From: Candidatus Electronema aureum
GTDB taxonomy: Bacteria > Desulfobacterota > Desulfobulbia > Desulfobulbales > Desulfobulbaceae
Direction: 5' to 3'
NCBI GenBank assembly: GCA_004284765.1
Contig: NQJD01000029.1
Span: 1 to 32,000 of the forward strand
DNA length: 32,000 nt
Under the pieces are notes generated by a model. The model worked only from the letters and a program-made list of their open reading frames with translations. It was not told where the DNA came from and did no database searches. Made by a program: the position numbers and the translations under genes. This document shows positions 1 to 7,320 of the stretch, in pieces; the first letter of the stretch is position 1, and each line of letters opens with the position of its first letter.

Positions 1-59
1 ATGTCTAACTTGGCTTTGGCAACGTCGATTCCGAGAATGCGCATCTGACTGACACTCAT
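1..59 (-). CDS. IS110-family transposase, first 19 codons only (gene runs off the left edge)
   Basis: Minus-strand translation from the ATG at 59..57 reads MSVSQMRILGIDVAKAKLD. This is the (I/L)GIDxxK N-terminal signature typical of IS110/DEDD transposases. A perfect AGGAGG (plus-strand cctcct, 67..72) lies 7 nt upstream of that ATG. The fragment is too short for certainty. Confidence 0.5.
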   Translation of the reverse strand, partial: MSVSQMRILGIDVAKAKLD

Positions 60-262
60 GATAAAACCTCCTGCAAACTTAACCTTGCGAATGCGGGCTT
101 CCGACTCAGTCGGGCCATTGATACTGTCCAAGTTCCAGCAGGAAAAACAGGAGATGCCGGTGCGTTATCTACGTCACGAACTTTTTGGTTCAAGGGGCGA
201 AACGGCATCCGGCTCTCCTTCCATCGGGATGGATCATGCTAATCCATCTCAATCTCATAATA

Positions 263-290
263 CAAGGGGCGAAAAATCTTTCGCCCCTAC
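263..290 (-). repeat. REP-like hairpin, GGCGAAA/TTTCGCC family, GTAG head on the minus strand
   Basis: The arms aggggcgaaa (265..274) and tttcgcccct (279..288) are perfectly complementary around a 4-nt loop. The minus strand reads GTAGGGGCGAAAGATTTTTCGCCCCTTG. The element lies 11 nt downstream of the stop of the minus-strand binding-protein gene. A half copy, caaggggcgaaa, recurs at 191..202. Confidence 0.6.
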
Positions 291-300
291 CGTAACTTCC

Positions 301-1410
301 CTACTTCACCTGCTCAAATTTGCCTTCCTTGACCGTGTACATCGTGTAGCCCACGCCGGTGGCATCGCCACGCTCGTCAAACATGATTTCGCCAAAGGGC
401 GTGACCGCGATCTTCGTGCGCAGGGCCTCCTTCAGCTCCTTGACATCGAGCTTCGCCGCCTTTTCCACCGCATTGGTCAGAGCAATAGTCGCCGTCACCG
501 CGTTGTCGAAGAATGCGCCCGGATTGTCACCGTATTTGTCTGCATACGCCTTGCGAAATTGCTGCGTCACTGCATTACTGGAAACATCTGCCGGGCCAGT
601 GGCGTACACACCTTCCGCGTATTTACCAGCAACTTTGACGAAAGTCTCGTCTTTCACGCCGTCATCGGAGAAAAACAGTGTCTTCATCTGCTTTTTCCGC
701 ATTTGAGTGACAATCTTCGATGCTTCCGGGTGATACCCGCCGAAAATCACTGCATCAGCACGGGCCATCTTAATTTTTTGCACCACAGCTGAATAATCTA
801 CCGCGCCTGGCGTGATACCTTCAAACAGCACCACCTCAGCTTTGGCATCTTTGCGAATCAAATCCTGCGCATCCTCAGCCAGACCTTTGCCGTAGTCACC
901 CTTATCGTGAATAATCGCGATCTTCTTCGCCTCCAATGCGCCTGTTGCAAACTCAGCAATTGACTTTGCTTGAGCGTTGTTCGGGGCAATAGTACGGTAA
1001 AAAGTCGGATATTTGCCGCTTGTGGTCATATCTGTGTCCGTGGCTGAAGGCGACATGACAATTACGTCCGCATCGGTGTAAATAGGCAAAGCCGCTTTGG
1101 TCGCGCCAGAGCAAATGTGACCTATCACTAACTTCACCCCAGCGGAAACAAACTTGGCTGCTATGTTTGCCGCTGTTTCTGGCTTGCAAGCATCATCCTC
1201 AATCAGCAGCTCGACCTTTGCCCCGTTGATGCCGCCTTTGGCGTTAATGTTCTCCGCCACCAACTCCGCCGCCCGCATGGTTGGAATGCCGTAGGAAGCC
1301 AGATCGCCGCTGTGCGAACCAACCACGCCAATTTTAATCGAATCAGCGGCAAAAGCATTACCTGTCAGTGCGACAGAAAACAACAAAAGCAACGTTTTGG
1401 AAAAATGCAC
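301..1410 (-). CDS. Branched-chain amino acid ABC transporter periplasmic substrate-binding protein (LivJ/LivK family)
   Basis: 369 aa with a signal peptide (MHFSKTLLLLFSVALTGNAFA). IKIGVVGSHSGDLASYGIPTMRAAELVAENINAKGGINGAKVELLIEDDACKP is the classic type-I PBP Leu/Ile/Val-binding pattern. GTG start with AGGAGG 6 nt upstream. Confidence 0.9.
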   Translation of the reverse strand: MHFSKTLLLLFSVALTGNAFAADSIKIGVVGSHSGDLASYGIPTMRAAELVAENINAKGGINGAKVELLIEDDACKPETAANIAAKFVSAGVKLVIGHICSGATKAALPIYTDADVIVMSPSATDTDMTTSGKYPTFYRTIAPNNAQAKSIAEFATGALEAKKIAIIHDKGDYGKGLAEDAQDLIRKDAKAEVVLFEGITPGAVDYSAVVQKIKMARADAVIFGGYHPEASKIVTQMRKKQMKTLFFSDDGVKDETFVKVAGKYAEGVYATGPADVSSNAVTQQFRKAYADKYGDNPGAFFDNAVTATIALTNAVEKAAKLDVKELKEALRTKIAVTPFGEIMFDERGDATGVGYTMYTVKEGKFEQVK

Positions 1411-1546
1411 AGTGTTCCTCCTTTAATAGGGTTTCATTTTGAGTTCGTCCACCAGCCCGCATTGCAAAGCGAGCCACAATCGGCTATCTTTTCACACCCA
1501 CAGAAAAAATGCACCAAAAAATTGAAAAGACAGGTGAAGAGAATAA

Positions 1547-2632
1547 ATGGATCGGAATTTTTATTATGCTCTCGGCAGGCCGCTGTCGCCGCTCTACAGC
1601 TTGATCATGCGGCTGCGGGAGCAGTTTTATCTGAACGGGGTGCTGGCCTCAACCGCGCTTGACGTGCCGGTGATCAGCATCGGCAATCTGACCTTGGGCG
1701 GCACCGGCAAGACCCCGCTGGTGCAGCATCTCGCCCGCCTGCTTCAGCGCAACGGTTTCCGGCCCGCGATCATCAGTCGGGGTTATGGCGGCGCGACCAA
1801 GGAGCGGGTCAATATTGTCTCAGACGGCAACAAGGTGCTGTTGGCTGCTTCTTATGTCGGCGATGAACCGCGTATGTTAGCCGAAACTCTGCCCGGTGTA
1901 CCAGTGCTGACCGGCGTGGTACGCAAGCTACCTGCGGCCAAGGCAATAGAAATGGGCGCGGATGTCCTGCTCCTCGATGATGGCTTTCAGCATCTTGCTA
2001 TCCACCGTGATCTTGATTTGGTGCTGTTTAGTGCGGATGAATTAGCAGGTAACTCGCGAGTTTTTCCTGGCGGCGATCTACGTGAACCGGTGCGTGCTTT
2101 GTATCGTGCTCATGCTTTTGTTCTCACCGGCACGGATGAGAGCAATATTGCGCGCGCGGTTGGTTTTAAAACGCTGCTTCAGAAAAAATTTCCCGACAGA
2201 CCGATCTTTTTCAGCGGCAGCCGAGCAGTTGGGCTGGTGCGGCAGGAGACAGACGGTAGCCGAACACAGGTGCAGCAAAACGAACTGGCAGGCCGCCGCT
2301 GTTTAGCTTTTTGCGGTATTGCCCGACCTGACGGTTTCAGAAAAACCCTGACCCAGCTGGCAATCGAACCTACCTCCTTTAAAGCTCTACCCGATCATCA
2401 TGCGTACAAAGAGCAGACTGTGCGCCAGCTTGTCCAAACAGCAGAGCAGACTCATGCCGATTGCCTACTTTGCACAGAAAAAGATTTGGTCAAACTGCGC
2501 GGGGTTGCGCTTAAACTACCGCTCTACGGAGTCATCATGCAGGCCGCGCCAGAATCGGGCTTAGATCAATTGGTACTGCATTGTGCTGCCAGGAAAAATC
2601 AGCGGTTGCCGCTGCCGGAGCAGTGTGTCTAA
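1547..2632 (+). CDS. lpxK: Tetraacyldisaccharide 4'-kinase (lipid A biosynthesis)
   Basis: 361 aa. LpxK-type P-loop context VPVISIGNLTLGGTGKTPLVQHLARLL, followed by IISRGYGG and LLDDGFQH. Confidence 0.9.
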   Translation: MDRNFYYALGRPLSPLYSLIMRLREQFYLNGVLASTALDVPVISIGNLTLGGTGKTPLVQHLARLLQRNGFRPAIISRGYGGATKERVNIVSDGNKVLLAASYVGDEPRMLAETLPGVPVLTGVVRKLPAAKAIEMGADVLLLDDGFQHLAIHRDLDLVLFSADELAGNSRVFPGGDLREPVRALYRAHAFVLTGTDESNIARAVGFKTLLQKKFPDRPIFFSGSRAVGLVRQETDGSRTQVQQNELAGRRCLAFCGIARPDGFRKTLTQLAIEPTSFKALPDHHAYKEQTVRQLVQTAEQTHADCLLCTEKDLVKLRGVALKLPLYGVIMQAAPESGLDQLVLHCAARKNQRLPLPEQCV

Positions 2633-2788
2633 AATCCCACAGATATCGGTACAATTATTTAGTGTGTCTTTTTTGCCACGATTTTTTACAAAGGAGCATT
2701 CTATACTCTGCGTATGCCATCTTTTCTTATCCTCCTGAATCATACTAAAAGTTTTCTTCTTTTTGGTTGAATGCAAAAAACAATTTTT

Positions 2789-2805
2789 TGGCCAGATTTT
2801 TGCAT
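2789..2805 (+). promoter_or_regulatory. Candidate sigma-54 (-24/-12) promoter upstream of lpxC
   Basis: TGGCCAGATTTTTGCAT matches the TGGCAC-N5-TTGCW consensus. GG (2790..2791) and GC (2802..2803) are separated by exactly 10 nt. It is intergenic, correctly oriented and about 80 nt upstream of the lpxC start. It lies in an AT-rich spacer, so a chance match is possible. Confidence 0.3.
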
Positions 2806-2883
2806 AAGAAAGTGGTACAAAGAAAGGAAAGAATAAATCCACAAAAGGGCATCATCAGGATGAACCGGCACTCGGTGAAGAAC

Positions 2884-3873
2884 ATGACAATCAACCTTGA
2901 CCCGCATCAGCACACGCTTGAGCGTACTGTCAGCTGCTGCGGTATCGGTCTGCATTCCGGCAAACCTGTAAACTTAACCATCAGGCCAGCAGAAGAACAC
3001 AGCGGCATCAGTTTCCGCCGCTCTGATCTGGGTAAAAAAAACGCTATTCCCGCACGGATGGAGCAGATTGTTGACACCACCTTAGCTACTACTCTTGGCA
3101 GCGGCAGTGAGCGTATCTCCACCACCGAACACCTGATGGCTGCCCTACACAGCGCGGGTATCGACAACGCTGAAATTGAATTAGACGGCCTTGAAGTTCC
3201 GATTATGGACGGCAGCGCAGACCCTTTTGTCCAGCTTCTCAGCAGCGGCGGCAAAAAGAAACAACGCGCTCTGCGTAAAGTTATTCGCATCATCAAGCCG
3301 GTTTCCTGTATCTCCGGTGATAAATTTATCCGCATTGAGCCGCACAACGGCTTTAAAATCACCGGCAGCATCAGTTTCGGCACTGAATTGATCAATGAGC
3401 AAAGCTACACTATTGATCTTAGCCAAGAGCGTTTTGCCCGTGAAATCGCTGGAGCACGCACCTTTGGCTTTGTCGAGCAGGTTGAGGAGCTGTGGCGCAA
3501 CGGCCTCGCTCTTGGCTGCACCCTTGAAAATGTCATTGCCATTCACTGGAATCGCCGCAGCGTCCTTAATGAGGAAGGGCTGCGTTTCGAGGATGAGTTC
3601 GTCCGTCACAAAGTGTTGGATTTAATCGGTGACTTAGCCCTGTTGGGTAGTCCGATTCTTGGCCATGTAATCGCCAGCCGCTCCGGTCATGCCCTGCATC
3701 ACAGCCTGATGAAAGCCATTGCCGATTCTCCAGACTGCTGGGAATACGTCGAATTTCGCAAGCCGGGTCAGCCCCACGTTATCGCCCCGGCAAAACCCCG
3801 GAAGAAGAGATTGTCTGTTTCTCTTCCGGGTATGTTGTTCCCCGCCGCTGCTCCTGCGCCCTGTCCGGCCTGA
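2884..3873 (+). CDS. lpxC: UDP-3-O-acyl-N-acetylglucosamine deacetylase
   Basis: QHTLERTVSCCGIGLHSGKPVNLTIRPA aligns with the E. coli LpxC N-terminus ([28 protein letters not shown]). TTEHLMAAL, FVRHKVLDLIGDL and SGHALH motifs are present. I chose the ATG at 2884; ATG 2860 is an alternative. The ORF-track start at 2767 adds an implausible basic extension. Confidence 0.9.
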   Translation: MTINLDPHQHTLERTVSCCGIGLHSGKPVNLTIRPAEEHSGISFRRSDLGKKNAIPARMEQIVDTTLATTLGSGSERISTTEHLMAALHSAGIDNAEIELDGLEVPIMDGSADPFVQLLSSGGKKKQRALRKVIRIIKPVSCISGDKFIRIEPHNGFKITGSISFGTELINEQSYTIDLSQERFAREIAGARTFGFVEQVEELWRNGLALGCTLENVIAIHWNRRSVLNEEGLRFEDEFVRHKVLDLIGDLALLGSPILGHVIASRSGHALHHSLMKAIADSPDCWEYVEFRKPGQPHVIAPAKPRKKRLSVSLPGMLFPAAAPAPCPA

Positions 3874-3915
3874 GCAGTTCCTGTTCTGTTGCCACGCTGT
3901 TTTTTTCTCTCCTGC

Positions 3916-3950
3916 CCGCTGGCCTTCCGCAGCCAGCGGGTTTCTTTTTA
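3916..3950 (+). terminator. Rho-independent terminator of lpxC
   Basis: cccgctggc (3916..3924) pairs perfectly with gccagcggg (3933..3941) around an 8-nt loop. TTTCTTTTT (3942..3950) follows. There is no T-tract in the minus-strand sense, so it is unidirectional. Confidence 0.7.
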
Positions 3951-3957
3951 CCTTTCT

Positions 3958-4713
3958 TCAGGTATTCTCCGTAGTCACCTTGATAAACCGCTGCAAAGCC
4001 GCCTGAGCCTGCGTCTTCCCAGTTTCAGTCAGCATCAACGCAGATAAGCGGTTTAACTGCTCCTGAGTTGGTGGTTTTTCCTGATATTCCTCAGCCATGT
4101 TGACGATCAAGTCAGCATCATATAGCACCTTAAAATTGATCGTCTCCTCAGCTCGTGGGGTGTGATGATGGCCAATAATGTCGCAAACTTCATCAATCAG
4201 CTCTGGCTTGGCTCGGAGTGAATTGAGCAATTCTCGCGCCACTGGCGGCCCCTCGCTGTGCTGATAGCGGGCTGCTGAGGAATTAAACTTGCGCTCGGCC
4301 TCACGGATGCCGATATCATGGAGATAGGCACAGGCCATGATCACCGACATGTCACCACCCGGCTCTTTTCTGCCGATCTGCTCGGCTTGCTCGGCCACAG
4401 CTTCAGCGTGATGAATACGCCTGCTGTCTTTGCCGAAATACTGGCGCATGGCGGCTGCAACTTTATCTTTGAACATCTCACGTTGCGCGGCAAGCAGTTC
4501 TGGCGAGAGCGAACCCAAGCACTGAGCCGCATGAGGGCAATAGGCAGCGCAGCCAAAATCCATCTTCGGATTAAAAACCTGATTACCACAGCTCCGGCAC
4601 CGCTGGCGACTGTCGTCTTTAAAGAATTCTACTGGCTGGCCACAGCTGGGGCAGCGGCTCTCAAAAACATCATCGCCGCTCCAGTAGCGGCTGTCTTGTC
4701 CAGGACATTGCAT
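3958..4713 (-). CDS. Cys-rich (zinc-ribbon-like) N-terminal domain fused to an HD-domain metal-dependent phosphohydrolase
   Basis: 251 aa. The N-terminus carries CPGQ...CPSCG...CRSCG...CAAYCPHAAQC, eight Cys in the first 65 aa. HD-domain signatures follow: HHAEAV...YLHDIGI...IIGHHH. AGGAGG lies 6 nt upstream of the ATG. The gene is divergent from hcp. Confidence 0.8.
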   Translation of the reverse strand: MQCPGQDSRYWSGDDVFESRCPSCGQPVEFFKDDSRQRCRSCGNQVFNPKMDFGCAAYCPHAAQCLGSLSPELLAAQREMFKDKVAAAMRQYFGKDSRRIHHAEAVAEQAEQIGRKEPGGDMSVIMACAYLHDIGIREAERKFNSSAARYQHSEGPPVARELLNSLRAKPELIDEVCDIIGHHHTPRAEETINFKVLYDADLIVNMAEEYQEKPPTQEQLNRLSALMLTETGKTQAQAALQRFIKVTTENT

Positions 4714-4822
4714 GATATCCTCCTTTGGTATATATAAATTTTCACATCACGGCAAACTTATAACAGGGCAAACACGAGGGGCTTCCTTTTATTTACCCGC
4801 CGTCTTCAATATTTAAAATTAC

Positions 4823-4836
4823 TTGACATAGATCAA
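4823..4836. promoter_or_regulatory. FNR/CRP-family (HcpR-type) binding box TTGACATAGATCAA
   Basis: The half-sites TTGAC / ATCAA are separated by 4 nt, differing by one position from the FNR consensus TTGAT-N4-ATCAA. A -10-like TACAGT lies at 4859..4864. That would centre the box near -41.5, a class II geometry. The box lies 84 nt upstream of the hcp ATG, in the hcp/HD-protein divergent region. Confidence 0.5.
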
Positions 4837-4919
4837 GGGAAAGAGGTCTTATTACGGGTACAGTATCGCTATACTCGTGAACCGATACACGCTGCAACTA
4901 AAAAATTCAGGGAGGAAAA

Positions 4920-6539
4920 ATGTATTGTAACCAATGCGAACAAACCGCCAAGGGCATCGCCTGTACCACTGCTGGAGTTTGCGGCAAAAACGGTGAGCTG
5001 GCCAATATTGAGGACGTATTAATTTACGCTCTCTGCGGCCTGTCGCTTTTTGCTGATGAAGCCCGAAAGCGCAAAATCGTTGACGCAGAGTTAGATCGTT
5101 TCACCATGAAAGCGGTGTTTTCCACGCTGACCAACGTCAATTTTGATCCAGAACGCTTTGCTGTCTTGATCAGCAAAAGTGTAGAACTGCGGGAGGGTTT
5201 GAAGGCCAAGCTCGGCAAGATCGACTTTGCTCATCCGGCAGCGTCCTTCACCCCGGCAGACACGGTTGCTGGTCTTGCCGAGCAAGGCGCGGCCCTCAAG
5301 TTCATTGAGAATTTAGATGAGGACGTGAATATCCGTTCACTCAAGCAAACCTTGCTTTATGGTCTGAAAGGTATTGCTGCGTATGCTGATCACGCTGCCA
5401 TTCTTGGTCAAGAAGACCCAGCTATTGCGGGCTTCATGTACGAAGCAATGGCTGCATTGCTGGCAGAAGGATTAACCATTACTGACTGTGTGCCTGTGGC
5501 GATGAAGGCCGGTCAGATCAATCTGCGGGCGATGGAGCTTTTAGACGCAGGCAACACCGGCACGTATGGTCATCCGGTGCCAACTTCGGTGCCGCTGGGT
5601 CACAGGAAAAACAAGTGCATCCTGATCACCGGTCATGATCTGCGCGACCTTGATCTGCTGCTTCAGCAGACTGCTGGCAAAGGCATTGACATCTACACCC
5701 ACGGCGAGATGCTGCCCACGCACGGCTACCCAGAACTGAAGAAACATCCTCACTTCTATGGTCACTTTGGTACGGCTTGGCAGAATCAGCACAAGGAGTT
5801 CCCGGAATTCCCCGGCCCGGTGCTGTTCACCACCAACTGTATTCAAAAGCCGCGTGAAGACTATAAAGAGCGTATCTTCACCACTGGCTTAGTTGGCTGG
5901 CCCGGCGTAACCCATCTTGAGGGTAAAGATTTCAGCCCGGTGATTGCCAAAGCTTTGGCGATGGACGGCTGGCAGGATGACGCGGACAAAGGCAGCGTAC
6001 TGGTGGGTTTTGCCCGCAACGCCGTGCTCGGTGTGGCAGACAAGGTGATTGAGGCGGTGAAGAACAAACAGATTCGCCACTTTTTCTTAGTCGGTGGTTG
6101 CGACGGAGCCAAGCCGGGCCGTGACTACTTCACCCGCTTTGTTGAGCAGGTGCCTTCAGACTGCGTGGTGCTGACCTTAGCTTGCGGCAAGTTTCGTTTC
6201 TTTGACAAAGACCTCGGCAACATTGGCGGCATTCCGCGCCTCTTGGACGTGGGCCAGTGCAACGATGCTTACTCGGCAATTCAGATCGCAACAGCCTTGG
6301 CCGGAGCCTTCAACTGCGGCGTGAACGAGCTGCCGCTGTCGATGATTATCTCTTGGTACGAGCAGAAGGCGGCGGCCATCCTCCTCACCTTGTTGTATCT
6401 TGGCATCAAAGATATTCGCCTTGGGCCGTCTCTGCCAGCCTTTATCAGCCCGGCAGTGCTTGCTTTCTTGGTTGCCACCTTCAATATCAAACCAATTGCA
6501 GCCACGCCGGAAGAAGACCTGAAAGCGATATTGGGATAG
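4920..6539 (+). CDS. hcp: Hybrid cluster protein / hydroxylamine reductase
   Basis: 539 aa. The N-terminal cubane-cluster motif MYCNQCEQTAKGIACTTAGVCGK is diagnostic. The length fits and the tail contains GGCDGA...CGKFRF...GQCNDAYS. Strong GGGAGG RBS. Confidence 0.95.
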   Translation: MYCNQCEQTAKGIACTTAGVCGKNGELANIEDVLIYALCGLSLFADEARKRKIVDAELDRFTMKAVFSTLTNVNFDPERFAVLISKSVELREGLKAKLGKIDFAHPAASFTPADTVAGLAEQGAALKFIENLDEDVNIRSLKQTLLYGLKGIAAYADHAAILGQEDPAIAGFMYEAMAALLAEGLTITDCVPVAMKAGQINLRAMELLDAGNTGTYGHPVPTSVPLGHRKNKCILITGHDLRDLDLLLQQTAGKGIDIYTHGEMLPTHGYPELKKHPHFYGHFGTAWQNQHKEFPEFPGPVLFTTNCIQKPREDYKERIFTTGLVGWPGVTHLEGKDFSPVIAKALAMDGWQDDADKGSVLVGFARNAVLGVADKVIEAVKNKQIRHFFLVGGCDGAKPGRDYFTRFVEQVPSDCVVLTLACGKFRFFDKDLGNIGGIPRLLDVGQCNDAYSAIQIATALAGAFNCGVNELPLSMIISWYEQKAAAILLTLLYLGIKDIRLGPSLPAFISPAVLAFLVATFNIKPIAATPEEDLKAILG

Positions 6540-6552
6540 AAGCCCTATCGTG

Positions 6553-6576
6553 AGGGCGAACTACGATGTTCGCCCT
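6553..6576. repeat. REP-like hairpin (GGCGAAC/GTTCGCC variant) between convergent hcp and the grpE-like gene
   Basis: agggcgaac (6553..6561) pairs perfectly with gttcgccct (6568..6576) around a 6-nt loop. Only a weak T run follows, so this is more a REP-type or stabiliser hairpin than a canonical terminator. Confidence 0.5.
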
Positions 6577-6577
6577 T

Positions 6578-7054
6578 TCAGTCCTTATTCCGAACCGTTA
6601 TCACCTCGGCCTTACGAAGAACCGTGTTCCGCGCTGCGTCAAAGTAGCCGCGTTTCAGCACTGCAAGGATTTCTTCGTTCTCCTGCTCAGGGACGCTTTG
6701 CGTGTCCACTACCACACATTGTTCAACCTTGGCTCGGCGATCAGGGAAATGTAACGGCTCAATTTGGCGAGAACCGAGCAAACGGAGCAGCTTGCGTTGC
6801 ACGGCTCTCATGCTGTTGAGCAGACCTTGGCTTGTTTTGTCTAATGCCTCCTGTTTGCGGCGGATATTTTTTTCAATGTTGTCAAAAACATCCAGCACCT
6901 CAAATAACTCGACGAACAGCTCGTGCTCCCGATGCAGACAAAGTTCCTCTTGCTCCTTCACTGACTGCTTCAACTCGACGATTTCTCGCTGAAAAGACAC
7001 TAACTTTTCCCGCAGCAGATCACCGGGACTACTTGTCTTCTCTCCTGTTTTCAT
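6578..7054 (-). CDS. Short GrpE-like nucleotide exchange factor
   Basis: An N-terminal coiled coil is followed by FVELFEVLDVFDNIEK (compare E. coli FINELLPVIDSLDRA). Next come GLLNSMRAVQRKLLRLLGSRQIEPL and a C-terminal ILAVLKRGYFDAARNTVLRKAEVITV (compare [21 protein letters not shown]). I chose the ATG at 7054; a TTG at 7063 would overlap the upstream stop. Confidence 0.65.
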   Translation of the reverse strand: MKTGEKTSSPGDLLREKLVSFQREIVELKQSVKEQEELCLHREHELFVELFEVLDVFDNIEKNIRRKQEALDKTSQGLLNSMRAVQRKLLRLLGSRQIEPLHFPDRRAKVEQCVVVDTQSVPEQENEEILAVLKRGYFDAARNTVLRKAEVITVRNKD

Positions 7055-7059
7055 TATGC

Positions 7060-7320
7060 TCAATCAAAAATCTCCAGCCGCTTGAGAGCATCAGCACTCA
7101 GCGGTTTCTCTCCCCTAACCGGCTGTCGCAGCAGTGGTTCAAGATCGGCAAAATAAATGAACGCCAGCACGGGCCGAGCTGATGGGTCCATCAGCTGTCG
7201 CCGAGCTTCGGCAATTTCGTATGCTGAATGCTGCTTTTCCCGTAACGCTAAGGCAGCGGCCTGCATGATTTCTTGTGCCGATGCTTCTGGGCCGATATTT
7301 AGTATTTTAAAGGGATTCAT
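7060..7320 (-). CDS. Small J-like domain protein lacking the HPD motif
   Basis: 86 aa. NPFKILNIGPEASAQEIMQAAALALREK resembles J-domain helices I-II (DxYxxLGV...AS..EIkkAYrkLA). IAEARRQLMDPSAR resembles helix III-IV (INEAYEVLSDPEKR). No His-Pro-Asp lies between them. GAGG sits 8 nt upstream of the ATG. The gene overlaps the upstream gene by 14 nt. Confidence 0.45.
   Translation of the reverse strand: MNPFKILNIGPEASAQEIMQAAALALREKQHSAYEIAEARRQLMDPSARPVLAFIYFADLEPLLRQPVRGEKPLSADALKRLEIFD

Noticed and set aside
58-792. 244-aa plus-strand ORF overlapping the left intergenic region and the 3' half of the binding-protein gene
   Set aside because: It is antisense to a confidently identified LivK-like gene. 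The translation has no recognisable motif and partly reads through REP hairpins (the ...RGEKSFAPT... segment is the palindrome). I treat it as a shadow ORF.
1462-1476. TGGCTCGCTTTGCAA on the minus strand upstream of the LivK-like gene, which resembles a sigma-54 promoter
   Set aside because: Only 8 nt separate the GG and GC doublets instead of the required 10, so it does not fit the -24/-12 geometry.
2767-2883. ORF-track N-terminal extension of lpxC (MNAKNNFLARFLHKKVVQRKER...)
   Set aside because: The extension is AT-rich, basic and absent from LpxC proteins as I know them. Alignment with E. coli LpxC favours the ATG at 2884 (or 2860). The candidate promoter at 2789..2805 would lie inside the extension.
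2561-2955. Minus-strand ORFs of 93 and 71 aa across the lpxK-lpxC spacer
   Set aside because: They lie in an AT-rich intergenic region and overlap the ends of two well-supported genes. The translations are Lys/Phe-rich with no motifs.
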